Of a DNA stretch of 64,000 bases, positions 13,914 to 29,007 are shown in pieces. The notes beneath the pieces were generated by a model. That model searched no databases and had not been told where the DNA came from. It saw nothing but the letters and a program-made list of their open reading frames with translations. The stretch is taken from NCBI GenBank assembly GCA_053919585.1, contig CM132819.1, one strand, 5' to 3'. Source of the stretch: Euprymna scolopes (lineage: Eukaryota). Made by a program: the position numbers and the translations under genes. Every line of letters starts with the position of its first letter. Positions within the stretch are counted from its first letter, which is position 1.

Positions 13914-16705
13914 CTGGAAAATAAACGACAATAGAAATTTTAACATAAAACAGTGATTTTTTATCACAAAGGTTAAAATATATATTTATAATTGATATAG
14001 GGTTTAATATATTCAAGCAGGAACTAAGACATACATAGTTAGTTATAGGGGCATACAATTAGAGACGTAGTGAAGGGTATACAATTAGAGGCATGTAGAT
14101 GGTATAGAAATAGAGGTATCTGGGTGTATACAATTAGATTTTACTTCTGTTTATGTATTTTTATTATTGTCTAGCAATTCGGTTCATCCAACAAGTCTCT
14201 TGAAACAAGGGTGCAAGAAAATAGGTGTGACACCTGAATTAAATTTTAGCCGTTTCTGTACTAGCAGTCCAACTTGGCTTTGCTCGGGCCCTATGTACTG
14301 TTCATAACTTTGCCTATGTTTCAATACACTTTATGTAAGATTTCAAATGTTTAGACCAAAATCTGTCCGAGCAATTTGGTAGAGACCGCAGAGATCAATT
14401 TTATTAAACTTTGACCCCAATTTTAACCTCTTAACACTTATTATTTTGGCCTCGAATACAAATACAAAGGTTTACCCATGTCCAAATTACCTACATCTAA
14501 AATTTCAAGTCTTTAGACCCAAAATTGGTGAAGGAATTTGGTAGAATCTACAAAGGTCAACTCTTTAAACTTCGACCTTTTGGCAGCCAAAGTTTCGCCC
14601 CAAAACTGATTAAAATGCTTGCCGCATGTCTGAATACCCATTATATATAAATTTCAAATGTTTAGAACCAAAATTGACTGAGTAGTTTGCTAGACACCGC
14701 AAAAGTCAAATCCTTTGAACTGACAGCTCAAATGTTCGACCCAAACCGATTAAAACGCTTGCCCTATCTCTGAATACTCTTTATGTAAAATTTCAAATCT
14801 TTGACCAGAAACTGGCTGAATAATTTGGTAGAGACCGGAGAGGTCAAAATTTGACCAGTTAACATATATTGTTGGGGGGGCAAATCAAATTAAAAAGTTT
14901 CATGTTCATGTAACCTACATTCAGGATGTTCATGTGTTTAGACCCAAAATTGATGGAGGTGTTTGGTAGAGTTTTCAAAGGTGAAATCGTTGAACTTTGA
15001 CCCCTTGACAGCCAAATTCCTGACCGAAAACCGATTACAAATTTTTTCCCAAATTTTCAATACTCCTGGTAAATCTCGAGTCTCTAGACTGAAAATTGAT
15101 AGAGTAATTTGGTAGGAAATGTACACAGACATTTTCACCTTTATATAGATTATTAATCAGATCAGATGAATGTACACATCATAGTAAAGTTGATAAAAAG
15201 CATGCTATTCTACAAATACTGTGTACGGAAATATTGGCAGTATGGAATAAGGAAGTACATGCGATGTCAATTGAAAAAGTTTTTCAAATTTAATGAGTAA
15301 CATAGTAAGGAAAGCTGCACTATTTTTTGATTGCTGCTTCTTTGTCTCATAATCAGAACATGTAAATTAAGATTAGCTGGGAAAATATTAGACAAACCTT
15401 GGTTTAGCCATTTTCCGTAATAATTCAGGTGCCCTTATTAATTTATCAAGGGTTTTAACTATGGCACCGAATTTTGGCCGATGATTCCGCTCTCTCTGCC
15501 AGCAATCTAACATCAACTGGTGGATGGCTTCCGGGCAATCCTACAAAGAAAATATTAACAGATTAAATCTTTATACTTAGAAGAATAAATGCATCTTTCT
15601 TTCAAATATGGTTCTCCAATTTCATACCAAGTTTTGGCCCAAAAAAGTTCATGAGTTCTATAATCAATATAAACATAATATATTCCAATAATAAAAAGAA
15701 ACCAAAGTAATGAAATCCAGGATGTTCAATTAAAAAGATTTCCAATCATACGATCATTTGCTTTTAGCGTTTTCAAAAGGTTTTGTACAAAAATGTTTTA
15801 TTTTTCATGTAGTTAACTTGGCCTGAAGAGGTCAGCTTAAATAAGGCTAGTAAATGTAAAAAAAAAAAAAATCGAAAAATAAAACGTTATACTAAATAAA
15901 TAGCTGTACTTTTTGATAATTATCATATAAGCACAGTAAGGCTCGATGGGATTGCATGTCGAAACATTAAAAACACACTTTATTCTAACCAATTTAAGTC
16001 CATCAAGCACGATAATGGTATGCAAACAATATGAATATTTTTATTAATCAAGAGACATTTTAACAGACTGCCTTACCATTGGAGGTGGTAAGCGGTATCC
16101 CTTCTCAACAGCCTTAATGACATCTTGGTTTGACCAGTTCCAATATGGTCGTTCTCCGTATGACATAACTTCCCACATGACCACACCATAGCTCCAGACA
16201 TCAGACGCTGAAGTGAACTTTCGGAAGGCAATGGCTTCAGGAGCTGTCCATCTGACAGGAATCTTACCACCCTGGAAAAATTGGATTAAAACCAAATATG
16301 TCAATGAAAAATAGTGTTAATATTAATGAAAGAATAGAAATTCGAATAATCTTCATTTGTTTTGTATTTCTGTAGACATTTTTTGTTTAGCTTACCTTTG
16401 TTGTATAGGCACCATCTGTGGTATCGTTTTCTACCTCTCGGGACAAGCCAAAGTCAGCCACTTTGCAGACTAAGTGTTCTGTAACTAGAATGTTTCGGGC
16501 TGCAAGATCCTAGAATTGTAAAGAAATCGATTTGGAAATTAATCTATTTGACAGTTCGAAGAATGCTGAACTACTTATCAAAGAATGCTGAACTACTTAT
16601 CAAATGTTTTTGAAATAATTATGCAAAAATTTGGGCAAACATTTAATGATGAATATGGAAATTTCCACTAGTGCTTTCATTAACCTAATATTTACATTTC
16701 AAGGA

Positions 16706-16736
<31 letters not shown>

Positions 16737-19700
16737 CTATATATAATTAGGCGAACGTTATTCAATAACACCGAGCATCCTTTCTTTTTTCAAATAATCA
16801 ATTCGATATTTTGGTTAGTGCATGTAAGTACTGCAGGTTTTGTGTTCCTTTTTTTTTTATTTCGTCGTGAGTACTTTAGAAATGATTCATTTATAACGAA
16901 ATACAGTATGGACGATTAAAAACTTGGAAAAAAAAGGGTTTATTAAGCAAAAACATCCAGTTTTATTTTATGTTTCCCTAAATAAAAAATAGACTAAATA
17001 CAAACAAACATACATATACACATGTTTCTGACAAAGCAAATCAGCGAATTATTTAATTTTTTGTCGAAAATAAAATTCATAATTGCTCTTTAATTACATC
17101 GACCTTTTAGACCGGGAGCTTAAGGCACTTAAATTTGACCAATGCAACTGATAAGTTTTTGTCTGCAAAGAAATCGACAATTTACTTACCCTATGAACAT
17201 ATCCCATTTCGGAAAGATACTTCATGCCTGAAGATATTCCTCTCATCATACCAATAAGTTGTAAGTATGAAAATTTGCCATCGTTATTCTACAAAAGAAA
17301 ACACGCATTGGATATTAAACTCAACGACCAAAGAACGAAGTGCATATTGGCAGCATCAGGCAATAAAAATCCTACCCATGAGTATCAGAATAATTTCCAC
17401 ATCCGTCAATTTTTATCTGAATTTTAAATGCTTTATTCAGTTCAACTAATCTCAAGGTTGTTATGAAACTCACCACTAGTAGGAATGAAAATGTATTTTT
17501 AACATCGCCGCCCATGCACTCTAGAGAGAATATGAATATATTAGTACTTTTTTTCCATAACCAGCGCGAGGTCCTGGTGAAATCGATGCTATGTGTATCC
17601 TGTGTAGATTCTGACAGATTCGAACACACATAATACTAGCAGGGCTTCCCGGAATTGCCCGGTGCAAAAGTGTAACTTATTTCGATTAAAACGTCTTCTC
17701 CCTTCGTCTTTCTAACTTTTTCCCCTCTCCTTGTTTTACTCTTCCATCTTTCTTATTCCTTTTTTCAGCTCCATCCTTTCTGTTTTGTATAATAAGTTCC
17801 TTTTTTTTCCTTTCTAAATTAGTATATAATTGAAAAACAGACTTTTTCTGACGAAACCTGGCGCAATTGTACGCCAGAGAATGAATATTTTTCTAAAATT
17901 TTAAATATTTCGTGGATGGAAATTCCAATCAAAAATACATCAACTGTGTGGCTCTTCGGTTTATAGTCTTATTTTTACCCTTAGTTAGATATACATACAC
18001 AGACAACTGTACAATATTCCTTTTATATCATATTTAAAACATCTTCCCCTTCTATTTTAATTTAAGATAATTTTTTTTGCACACTTAGCATTTCATTTTT
18101 TCTCAGAATATTCCATACAATCATCCTCCTCTCATCCGAATCAACCATTCGAAATTTAAGCAATCAATCTACTTTTTTCTGTGTAGTCTATAGTTCCACA
18201 TAGATTATGGAAATCTTGTTGTGGGTTTGGTTTTTATCGTCTTATGTTAAATTGAAAAAAAAAAAAGAATCAAAATTGGAGACAATGAATTATCCTTTGT
18301 CATCGGAAGCAGCAGGCCTGTTACTGAAGGCTGATTTAGCGTTTAGTGCAGGCAGATCCTAGTGACAACTGCCACTACTGCATTATTCTCAGTCGAACAA
18401 GGATAATAGTCTCATCTTCACACTGAGAATCAATGAAACACAGATTTAGTAAATCTTCTAGTTTAAGAACTAAAGTGCATTGCTATGCGAGGACGACAAC
18501 TATTAAATTATATTTTCTTTTCTTTTTTTCAGCAGAAATCTTGTGCTGATCGTTATGAAAGAATTGGAGGAAAGTTTTTTTTATATCCACTAATATGACG
18601 CATGTACATGGTGCATGAATAATTTTCAGGCTATTAGAATTATTTCCTTCCTACGTGAATTGGTCTAATTTGATAACTTTTCCTTGACACTAAGATTCAA
18701 GCAATGCTGATTCAGGTTAAGTGTAGCTTTGTTTCACAATTACATGTGCAGTTACCCTTTGTCTTTAAAAATAAAATGGAGGCCATGATAAAAGCAAATA
18801 GAATCTGATTTGTTTTATCCATATACAGCAAACCACTTTTTGCAGCACCTTAACACACCTGAATACTGCAGATACGATGAAAGCAGGGCAAGCTAAGAAT
18901 TGGTTGGTTGTTTTTGTTTTACGGCATACCAACCTTTTTCACGTTATTTAATGCCGAATCTAGTTATTTTGAGGAACGATTTTTAATGGAGTATGTTTTT
19001 TTTTACGTCAGATTCTATTTAACCCATAGTTGGGACCCTAACAGGTACTACCACTCCGGGTCAGAATGGACCTGTGAGCAATGGCAATTAAAGGGTGGCT
19101 CCACACTCCCTAAAGCCCGCAAGGTGGGGCCTCACTATCGGATATAGTTTTCGCTCATATCCAGGACTGCAAGCTAAGGAAGAGCGTCTAATAAGTAATT
19201 TTACTATGTGCAGTATAACCGATATAAATCTCTTGAATCCAACACCATAAAGAACAGGCATAAGATGCTTAGTGTTGCCCACCTTGGAGTCTGGACCACT
19301 CGAAGAACCCTATTTATAAAAACCAGATGATATTTCAAATCCATTTGCATCACTTTCTCTAATGTCTTCATTGGCTTTTCTATTCCAACTAATTCCATAA
19401 ATCATCCTAACAATAATGTGCACTTCTTAAAGTAAACAAATATAAAACATTCTTACCCTTAAAAACGTATCAAGCGAACCATTTGCCATATATTCTGTAA
19501 CTATCATGATTGGATGATCTGTAAAAACGTTAAAAAGAATAAAGGTTAAATCATAAGACATGGCAAAACATTCAAATAAAATATCAACATTTAGAAAGAA
19601 ATTGTATAACACTAATTTGCCCATGCAATACTGCTTAACGAATTGATATCGTTATAATTAAATCGCATATTCTCACAGTTAATAAACAGCAAGTATCGCC

Positions 19701-22700
19701 TGTACCAAGGTACAAATCACAAAATAAACTTTATGTCTAGAATCCTCATTCCAATTTGGAGCAAAATTCATTAAATGGTTTTAATTATTGAGGAACTTTT
19801 AACTTTTACTTAATTTAAGCCTAAAAATTGAAATCTTCCTTATTTGATGTTTGATAGTGAATCAAAGATAATGCAAATCGAAGCTGACTTTTCAAATATA
19901 AGGTTATGTTGCCAACAAAGCTTTAAAATACTTTAGACACTGATATCATTTATATTAATTAAAGTCTAATAACGAAGATTAAAATTTCATCAAAATCATA
20001 GGTATCTGAATTTGCACAAAGTGTCTCTAACGCTCTATGTAATAGTAAAACTAAAAGGTAGGTCACGTTAAGGTATATTGTTCTTGTTCTGTCAGTCATG
20101 ACTGAACTAAAGTGTTAATTTTATATTATTTTAGTTATCGACTCTAGTAAGGATTGAACATCCAACCTCCAGAAGACTCATTTAATACGGACTGTAAATC
20201 AACACCTTTCAATTGTGCTACGGATAAATGAGGAAGATAGTAACTCAAATAATATAAATTCTCTAAAATCCTTTAAAAATTGTCTCAAAATATGAAGGTG
20301 AATACCTAGTACGGCATTAATACTGGTCAGATTACTTCCTCCAAATTAATATTAAATTCACAAGCAGCCCTCCCCCAGTCGCATGCATATCCTAATCTGT
20401 GATATGGACCAAGTTATTCGTTAAAGTTCACCCATCTGGTACTGGTTAGATTCAACATTGCTTAAGTTCAGTGATCTAAGGAGAACCAATGTGTCTATGT
20501 GGTTATCCTGTGTGTGTGTATATGTATATATATATAACGATGGTGAATATTGACCCTTCAGACATGGTATAGTGATTCAAATAAGTTCAGTACAACAACG
20601 TTGTCTTCGTGATCGCTAGTTTTCTTTCAGCTTCCCTGCTTAATGACCAGCATTCAGTTCGTGCACAGCAACCGATCATACCAAACTAACGTGGTTTTCC
20701 TGTCTGAAGCTGTGGCAACAGATGGCGTGACATTTAAGCAGAGTAAAAGTGTCACAAACAAATAACGATATTTGGTGACCAATCGTCACGGATAAAGATC
20801 TTTTTTCAAAGTTAAAGAAAATCAAAACTGGACGAATATTCCATGATGGCACACAACAGTTTGCATAATTTAATAGTAATCAGTTTTTGTTTTTTGTTGT
20901 TTTTTTAGTCAAGAACGACATTACTGATATCATAAAACAGTTTCAGTTCTCGTGTTCATTTGCTTCTCTGTAATTATGCTTATTCACCTTTGTACTATGT
21001 TATCACATTTCACACCGATTTCCAAAAACAATTTAATTTTCTAATCGCCAAAGTTATTGGTAGGTAAACACAATAGGAATACATCGTTTTTTACTCTAAT
21101 CCAATTTTTCATTTTTAGTTCTGCAAAAGTCGGTTTAGTTTTGTTCTTATTGTGTACAAGCATAGATTTATATTGCTAAAGTAAAAAAAAAAAAACAACT
21201 ATTTCTTTTATTTTAAAAATGAATTGTTTCAAAATCGAATTATCTTATATTATCCACTTTAACAGTTTAAAAAAAAAAAACATACTACTTCGATTTTTTT
21301 AAATGTTAATGCCATTTTAATTTACATTTAATTGTTACATTTTTCATGAATTAAAGAGACATTCATTTATTCCAACAATTGACAAGGACGAATATTTTTA
21401 CACAAGTTTGTTAATATTATTAAAACTTTCATACACTGACTTTTAAGAAGAACAGTAAGATAAACCAGTAGATGAAGAAAAAAACGTTCAATTCCCAAAA
21501 TACCTGACAAATGAGTTTTATATATCTGACTTTTTTCTCTTAAAGTGTTAGTGATGATAGTGAAGGCGAATATATGCATTAGAGTAGGATTCAAAACAAG
21601 GGTCAATCATAAAACTTAATATTTACAATGTCTTTCTGCCGATCTCTCTACAAAGTTTGGATGGAAATCACTTAAGACAAGGCATAAAGCCACTTGATGT
21701 AATGACATGTAAAAAATAACACTTCAAGGTATAAACAACAAAATTAAGTATTATGTGGATAGATATCGACTAAAAAAACAGCAATATATGTACAGTTTTA
21801 TATGATGAGAATCGTTTGACCGAAAGCAACAATTATTCTGTTAGAAATATCGCACATGGAATGGAATGTTTAAAGGACAATAAGGAAAGCAAGAATTACC
21901 AGGCCAAAATACACTTTATATTGTCCAGTTTTGAATCGATAAAGTCTTCGATTTATAACTGCTTAATGATAAACACACCTGAACGGTCCAAATTGTCAAT
22001 TCTGACATAATCTTCACTTGGCAATTCCGATTTGGAATGTGATGCCCCTCAATTCAGAAACAGATTAGTGATTATTTTGATAAACCTTATCTTTGAGAAA
22101 ATACCATGAATAAAAATCTGGAGGATTAAGCCCATTCAAAATCATGATAGAATATGCCTCTGCACACCATTGCAAAATGACTGTTCAACATTTAGAAATG
22201 TAATTTGGTAGACAAGTTAGTCATAAGAATAAACTGACTTGTGCCAAATATGGTTGCATTGCTAAAAGGATTGTGAGTTTTATATATAAAATATTATTTA
22301 TAGATGTGTTAATTTGGATTTTTTTTACCTTATTTAAAACAATAAGATTGCTTTCTGTAACAATGTCGCTCTAAAAGCCATAAGACATTGGATAATCTTC
22401 ATCTAGCAGTGAACTGTCATTTTTAGTCGTGTTTTCATAACTCGTTGATAGATTAAAAAGTGAATTGTGCAAGTGCAAGAAAATGGTAACACATTTGCTA
22501 ATTAAATCGTCAATACATTTTTTTTATTTAAAAAAGGTACATTCTATTAACTTGCTATTTGCAACTATTGTTACTTTTGGGCAAGTGCCACTCAAAGTAC
22601 TCTCTCCTGCCTTAAGTAAAAAGTCAAGTATTTTGCAAATAAATTCGTGATCAGTATTCAAAAAACATTTTCCTCTAGAAAATTTTTTTTAAAAGGTTTT

Positions 22701-23506
22701 ACAATTTGAACAACATTCACTAACTACTTTTCTTAAGGAAAGAGCAGGCAAAAATGACTTTGTGCAGATCATTTCCGTGGCAGACAATATTGCTCAGTAA
22801 AATCATGACAACAATCAAATAGCAATGACACAAAATTAAACCAATGCTTAAAAAATGGAAAATAAAAACACAAATATGTATTTACATTGATTTTTTTTAA
22901 TAATTATTGGTGGCAATTGTTTTTGTTTTTTTCGTTTGTAATTATTGTGCTTCCTATTGTTTTACATTTGAACGTAAGATATTTAGTTGTGAACCTTGAA
23001 ATTGTCGTAACCTTAATAGCCACTTCTCAATAAGAACTTTTTTTATTATTATGTAAGATTGAGTATCTTTTAAGGTTTTCACTTTTTAGAATTTGCTTTA
23101 GTTATATATGTACAAGCTTGTTTAAAGGAATTAAATAACTTGTAGGTATAGATATGAAAAAAGGAATAATCAAAGACTAAGAAATGTTTAACACAGAATC
23201 AATTTTATCTAGATTCGATATTCTGTTTCGGTTATAAACCTGCTAAAAAATCTTTATCAAGTTTCATAACTGAAACGAAATATCGAATCTAAAGAAACGG
23301 GGTTTGATTTATTTTTTTTTTAATTTCTTGTTTTATAGCTTTTTTGTTCATAATATATATTTTGGGAAGATCAGTAGTGCTCAATTATTAAAAATAAATC
23401 AAAATAAAAGCATAATGTTTATTATATTACAGATATCAAAACATGATACTGTCAGTTTTGAATAACTTATTGGTCACCTGTTTTTTTTCAAGGTACTATA
23501 TTGTTT

Positions 23507-23559
<53 letters not shown>

Positions 23560-25165
23560 AACCGTTTAATTTACTCTATTAAAACGTTTAAAGAGTTATT
23601 GTGGCTAAATTTAATTCTTACAGAATTTTTAAGGATTAAAAACATTATCAAATCTGCAGAATATTTTTCAAAGCTGAAGTTAAGTTCTAAGGTCAATAGT
23701 ATATACCAGCCAGAACTTTATATATTAATGCTTGTTACAGAAATATTGATTATCAGAGTAAATTTTTAGATATTCGAAATCATAACTAATGTGTTTTGAA
23801 TTTTTGAAATGCATACTATTAATATGATAGGGGTAAGAGAAAGAGTAGACAAGAAACTATTTCAAGTGAATAAAATTAATGAAGATGTAGATTACATCAA
23901 GTACACAATGGAACTGGAAACGAAGAGAAAGACATTTTTAATGATTTCAGAATTGACAAGGGATGCAAGGCAGGAAGTGAGATCAGTGGGAGATTCTGTG
24001 GTCTACGCAGAGAGATGAATGGGAGGAACTAGCATTTTTAGTAAACATCTTTGAGACTGATTCATTGCAAACGAAACTAGAAATCTGTAAATAGGAGGAG
24101 AGAAGGAGGGTTTGGAGATTGAGGTCAGCGCCAAATCTTTGTTCATCTTCAATTAGACTTTAAACCCTTCAACCAAAATGAAAAGCATTGATTGATATTT
24201 TATCATATATCTATACTCAAAGATTGCAGTTAGGTTTTTCGTGAACCCACACACAACTTCAGCTATATTAGTCTATTTGCTACTTATTTAATCTTTTTAA
24301 AAAAAGTAGAAAGCGAAAATGAGTGCTTGCATAGATTTACTCCCATGATGCATAATTTTAACTCTGTAAAATGATGACCAAAATCAAATGGCAACGATAC
24401 AAGTAAAAAATAAATTAAAATATGACAATGAAATTAAATGCATATACTATTACCATTAGTTAAACTATTCATATGCACAATTCTTGTATAGATTTTGAAA
24501 GCGTTAAACTAAGTAATACTTATTGCTATATGGATTGGATGGATAAAAGGCTCTGCTCAAAATTCTGTATATAAAAGTTTTAAAAGATGGATCTGAGGTT
24601 TGAATATTATTTCGGCTGAAATGCTTTCAATATAACCAAGCAAAACTAATCAATTCACATATAAACTATTCAGCATTATTTTATTAATTAAAAAAAAAGT
24701 TAATGATAAACATGAAAAAATATTAAAACATTTTTAAACAAAGTGTTAAATTTGTGCAAAAAGAAATTGTGATAAATTAGTTCAACAGCGAATTAGAAAT
24801 ACCTATGTGTGCTTTATTAGTATGGATTCCAATAACAATTAGTGAAAATTAATTAAATTTAGGTTATTTTGAAAATAATTAAAATGAATTCAAGAGGAAA
24901 TTCTAGCTGTTAAATCAGAAACGATTTTCTTGGCTTTAGTTTAATCACATTTACAGGTATCGTAAGATGTGCTGGTGTGAATAATAATTCATACAAAATA
25001 AATATACAGCTCTATTTGTAAAAGAGCACTTTTATATAAACACAAAGTTCAGAAGATTGTTGCTCAACCAATACAAACAATTATACCTGAAATATTTTTC
25101 AGAATTCTTTGGGTGAGGGCTGGTGATTTTTATTATTTGGATTATTCAGACTTCATCTTTTTTGC

Positions 25166-25212
<47 letters not shown>

Positions 25213-28200
25213 TATATATATATATTATTCAATGCCTATATGTATAAAACTTAATGTTTATGTGTGGTATTTCTGTATTCCTTATGAAAAGAAAAGTTTG
25301 ATAATTTACATAAAATCTAAAGGCATATTTCTTTGTAAAAAAAATTATCGAGGAAGACAATGGAAGAATTCTCTAATCTCAAATGTACTCCTGAACAGCT
25401 GCGAAGACATAACCCATATAAAATCATATATTGTTTTTGGTGAAGGACTATGAATGTAGTTCTGAATCAGTACATTACCTTCCTGCTAAACATAAGTGTC
25501 AATTTCAAACTTAAGATACACATATCCGATTTTAGTAAGATTTAAACTACCCATGTAAGACACTACAGTTTTCCAATATTTTAGCTTTTCACTATATTAG
25601 GTGGCGAAACTAGAGAAGATATGAGAAATAAAGACAAAGAAAATATCGTAGTGTTATGAACGTAGCGAAATGTATATAGTAGTGGTCCTCAGTCAATCTC
25701 CAGTAAAAGTGTATAATTATTTTTCCATTAAAAATAAACTCTTCAATATACATATGTGTTCATTTTTTCCATGATCTCAGCTCGATTAAATTATTCTTTC
25801 TCCACATTTCAACTCTGTTCCTTAAGTGTAACAAAACTATTTGCTCTCAATGCACATATATGAACCTACTATACTTTTATTTGAGATATTCAAGATAATC
25901 AGGTTGACAGGCTGGTTCCTGTTAGATCACCAAAGTAAAGTATCATTGTACTCTCCACTTATCTCAGCATTGTTTCCAATCGTTCTAAGCTTCTCTGTCA
26001 GTAGGATATAGGAATGACGATTCAAAAGAGGTGTGGTTGGAGATTGTGCAACACTTGCTTCGCAATTACACGTAAACAGAGGGGATCCGTTATCTTTTAT
26101 GGCTGCATAGAAGCCATGATGTAAGAGAGACTGTACTTTTTTCCAAACAATTCCAAAATTCCTTAGGTGTCCCACCGCCTTCACTTTCTGCCTATCAAGT
26201 TTTTTTACTTTGATGTAGAGGTTAGGGTTACTAAATAGAAAATAGAGAATGATTTCTTTTTTTTTCCATACTCAAGTTGCCTACCAGCCGCTTTCGCTGC
26301 CCACCCTTGCTGACCATGTTCCACCTGTAAAGTATTATCAACTCACTTTTGAAGACAATCGACACGACAGGGGAAGATAGCAAAAGTATGTTCTCATGAC
26401 TCGAAGATCAAGAAAGAATGCCTTGCGTGTTTTCTGGTTTCCATCAGATTGCTAAACAGATTGCTAAGATCCATCAGATTGCTAAACTCACATTTTCGGC
26501 TCACATCTATTCCACTAATTTAGAATTCGTATCCCTTACCCTCACAAATAAATCACGTGCAACCTATTCATAAAACGACTGGAATGTTCATATCAGTACA
26601 ATAAACTCGATTGTCTGTTTTGGAAGTTTATGGACACCCAAACATAGATGCAATCATCTCTATTAAATTTCAATTATGTATATTGTTTTATAGATTAATG
26701 CTGATACTTTCGCAAGTTATTGGGGATTTTTTTTTTAGTCAGTTCGTTATTCGATTCTAAACTTTGCAGATCTTCAGTTGGAAATCTTAGCATCATTGAT
26801 TTAAAAATATATATACATCCACAACAATAGTGACTGAAGGTAAAAAAAAAGTTTTTGTTTTGCTCATTTCGTTATTCTTGTGTACATGCAGAATCCCCCA
26901 GCTATGGGCAAATAGCCCCACTGCCTTGTGGATGCTTTGGCAAAGGCTAAGGCAGTAAACCCAACAAAAAATCTGGTCTGGAGTCCCAATAGGCAGATGA
27001 TGAAGCTCTGCAACATCTTTCTAGCAGCTCCTTCAGCCACACTGGCACCGAATGTATTGGCTTGCCTTTCCATTGGAGTCTGTCTACAACGACGAAAGAG
27101 GGACACTTATAAATGGGTATCTCTTATTACCTGTCCAGGCTTGCATCTGGTTAGCCTCAGCAGATGCTGTAGTAAACCAAACTAGGTGCAGAATGCCATT
27201 GTCTCAAGAGACAGGAGATTGCCATTATTACATTTTGGATTTACTGGTGATGGAGCATCCTATAGTATATCACACATTCACCAGCTATTTCTGAGATTTT
27301 AATCAACCTCTTAATTCAATACTTACAAGAAACCATTGACTCTTTACTAGACATCATCCTCGAGTGTGTTGGATCTTTTTTTTTGTACAAGAGTTTATCA
27401 AGTCACTATGACATGAGGATACATATCTTATAAAGTGACGACTGATCAATTATTACAAAATAGTAAAATAAAAATTATGCACCATCTCCTCCAGCCAATC
27501 AACACATCTTTTGCGTTGCGGATACTGGCAATACAGCACCCAGAGAGGAAGAAGTAAGCAATGGTGTAAATATTTCCGCCTTTGATAGTATGACAGAAAG
27601 CAACCATGATAGAGACCAGACATGAACAGTCTGGTACCATATCGCCATGTGAAGTTTGCACAAAAATAAAATATAAGAGGCATAAAAATACAGCTATAGT
27701 ATATTGCACAGAATAAGGTATTATTGTAATGTTACCACTATTCTAAGTTGGCCAAGTGAAGAAAAATATAGAATGAGAGCATAACCTAGAAAATCAGGTA
27801 GTGCTGACTATTTTGGTGACGAATTTATTCACTGGACACTTTCTTTTCTGACTATTCCCTGGTTTTTATATTTGCATAAGATTCATCAGCAGGAATCAAT
27901 CGAACAATTTAGAGATTGCATTTGTAACATCAGATGCTTTTTTGTCATGATGCTTACGACATGCACTCTTCCAGGCATTACCTCCTCATTTTGAGAGGGA
28001 AGTTACTGTTGATTTGCTGAGGTAGTAATACTAGGGATGATTATTCTTGTTCCTAGTCAAAGTTCCCTCTCAGGGGAGAGGACGTTCACTCACCTTCTAT
28101 CCTTATACTATATCTTGCAAGTACTTGCTTCTAAAAAAATTTGATTTTCTAGTTGTCAGTAGCATATAGACCCGACTAAATTAATAGGCATGGGATTTTT

Positions 28201-28967
28201 TTATGCTATTTAAATAAATTAGGTGAATAAATCAACCAGAATGTATTACAGTTTCTTTAATAAAAAAGAGATCTCAATCTTTTGTGAATAGTCGAAAATA
28301 AAAGAATTAGTTACTTTGAACTACTTCCAAATTTAATATTTTTGGAAGCATTTACACTTCGAATCGAAATTATTTACTGGCTTTAAAATCCTCAGCAAAT
28401 TGATTGAAAGGTATTTTTAGTCTATTTACATCCAATAATTTTATAGATATTAGAATACGATTACAATGACAAAATGAATAACTTTTAGTAACTATTTGAA
28501 ATAAAGTAGTATTTAAATTTAATTTCAAAATCCTATTTAAAAAAAGAGAATTTGTTAAAAACAAAATGAGCATAGTTGAAGAGAAAAGTGAAAAAGAAAG
28601 TAAAGAAACTTTATGAAGATACACACAGTCTACTTCAACTTTATGTATATTTTAAATAAATATTAATTTTTATACCTACATTAGTGCATCATGCTTATGC
28701 AATTATCGGTGTAGGAAGTGATTACTCATAGTGGTCAGGAATTTCACAACTCAGTCGACAAACCCACTATTGCTTAGAAGGGTAGCATCTTTCCTCCAGG
28801 CTACCAGAAACAAACACATAAGTGGAATGCAATTAAGTCTGAATGCGATTTTCGATGGGGTTTCAGTGAGTTTGAGTATTCAACAGAAAGTTGGAATGAT
28901 GCGTTTTAGCTCAAGTTTATTGCTTTTTCTTATTTCCCTAAATGGGGCTCGAATTTAATTTTTTCAA

Positions 28968-29007
<40 letters not shown>

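Noticed and set aside
14330-15120. Regularly spaced repeats resembling a CRISPR array
   Set aside because: Units are about 150 bp, homologous along their whole length and diverged. They lie inside Helitron termini in a eukaryotic intron, and there are no cas genes.
27446-27709. Cys-rich ORF with a signal-peptide-like start (nested secreted peptide?)
   Set aside because: The hydrophobicity follows from T-richness, it lies among decayed repeats, and there is no family motif or supporting gene structure.
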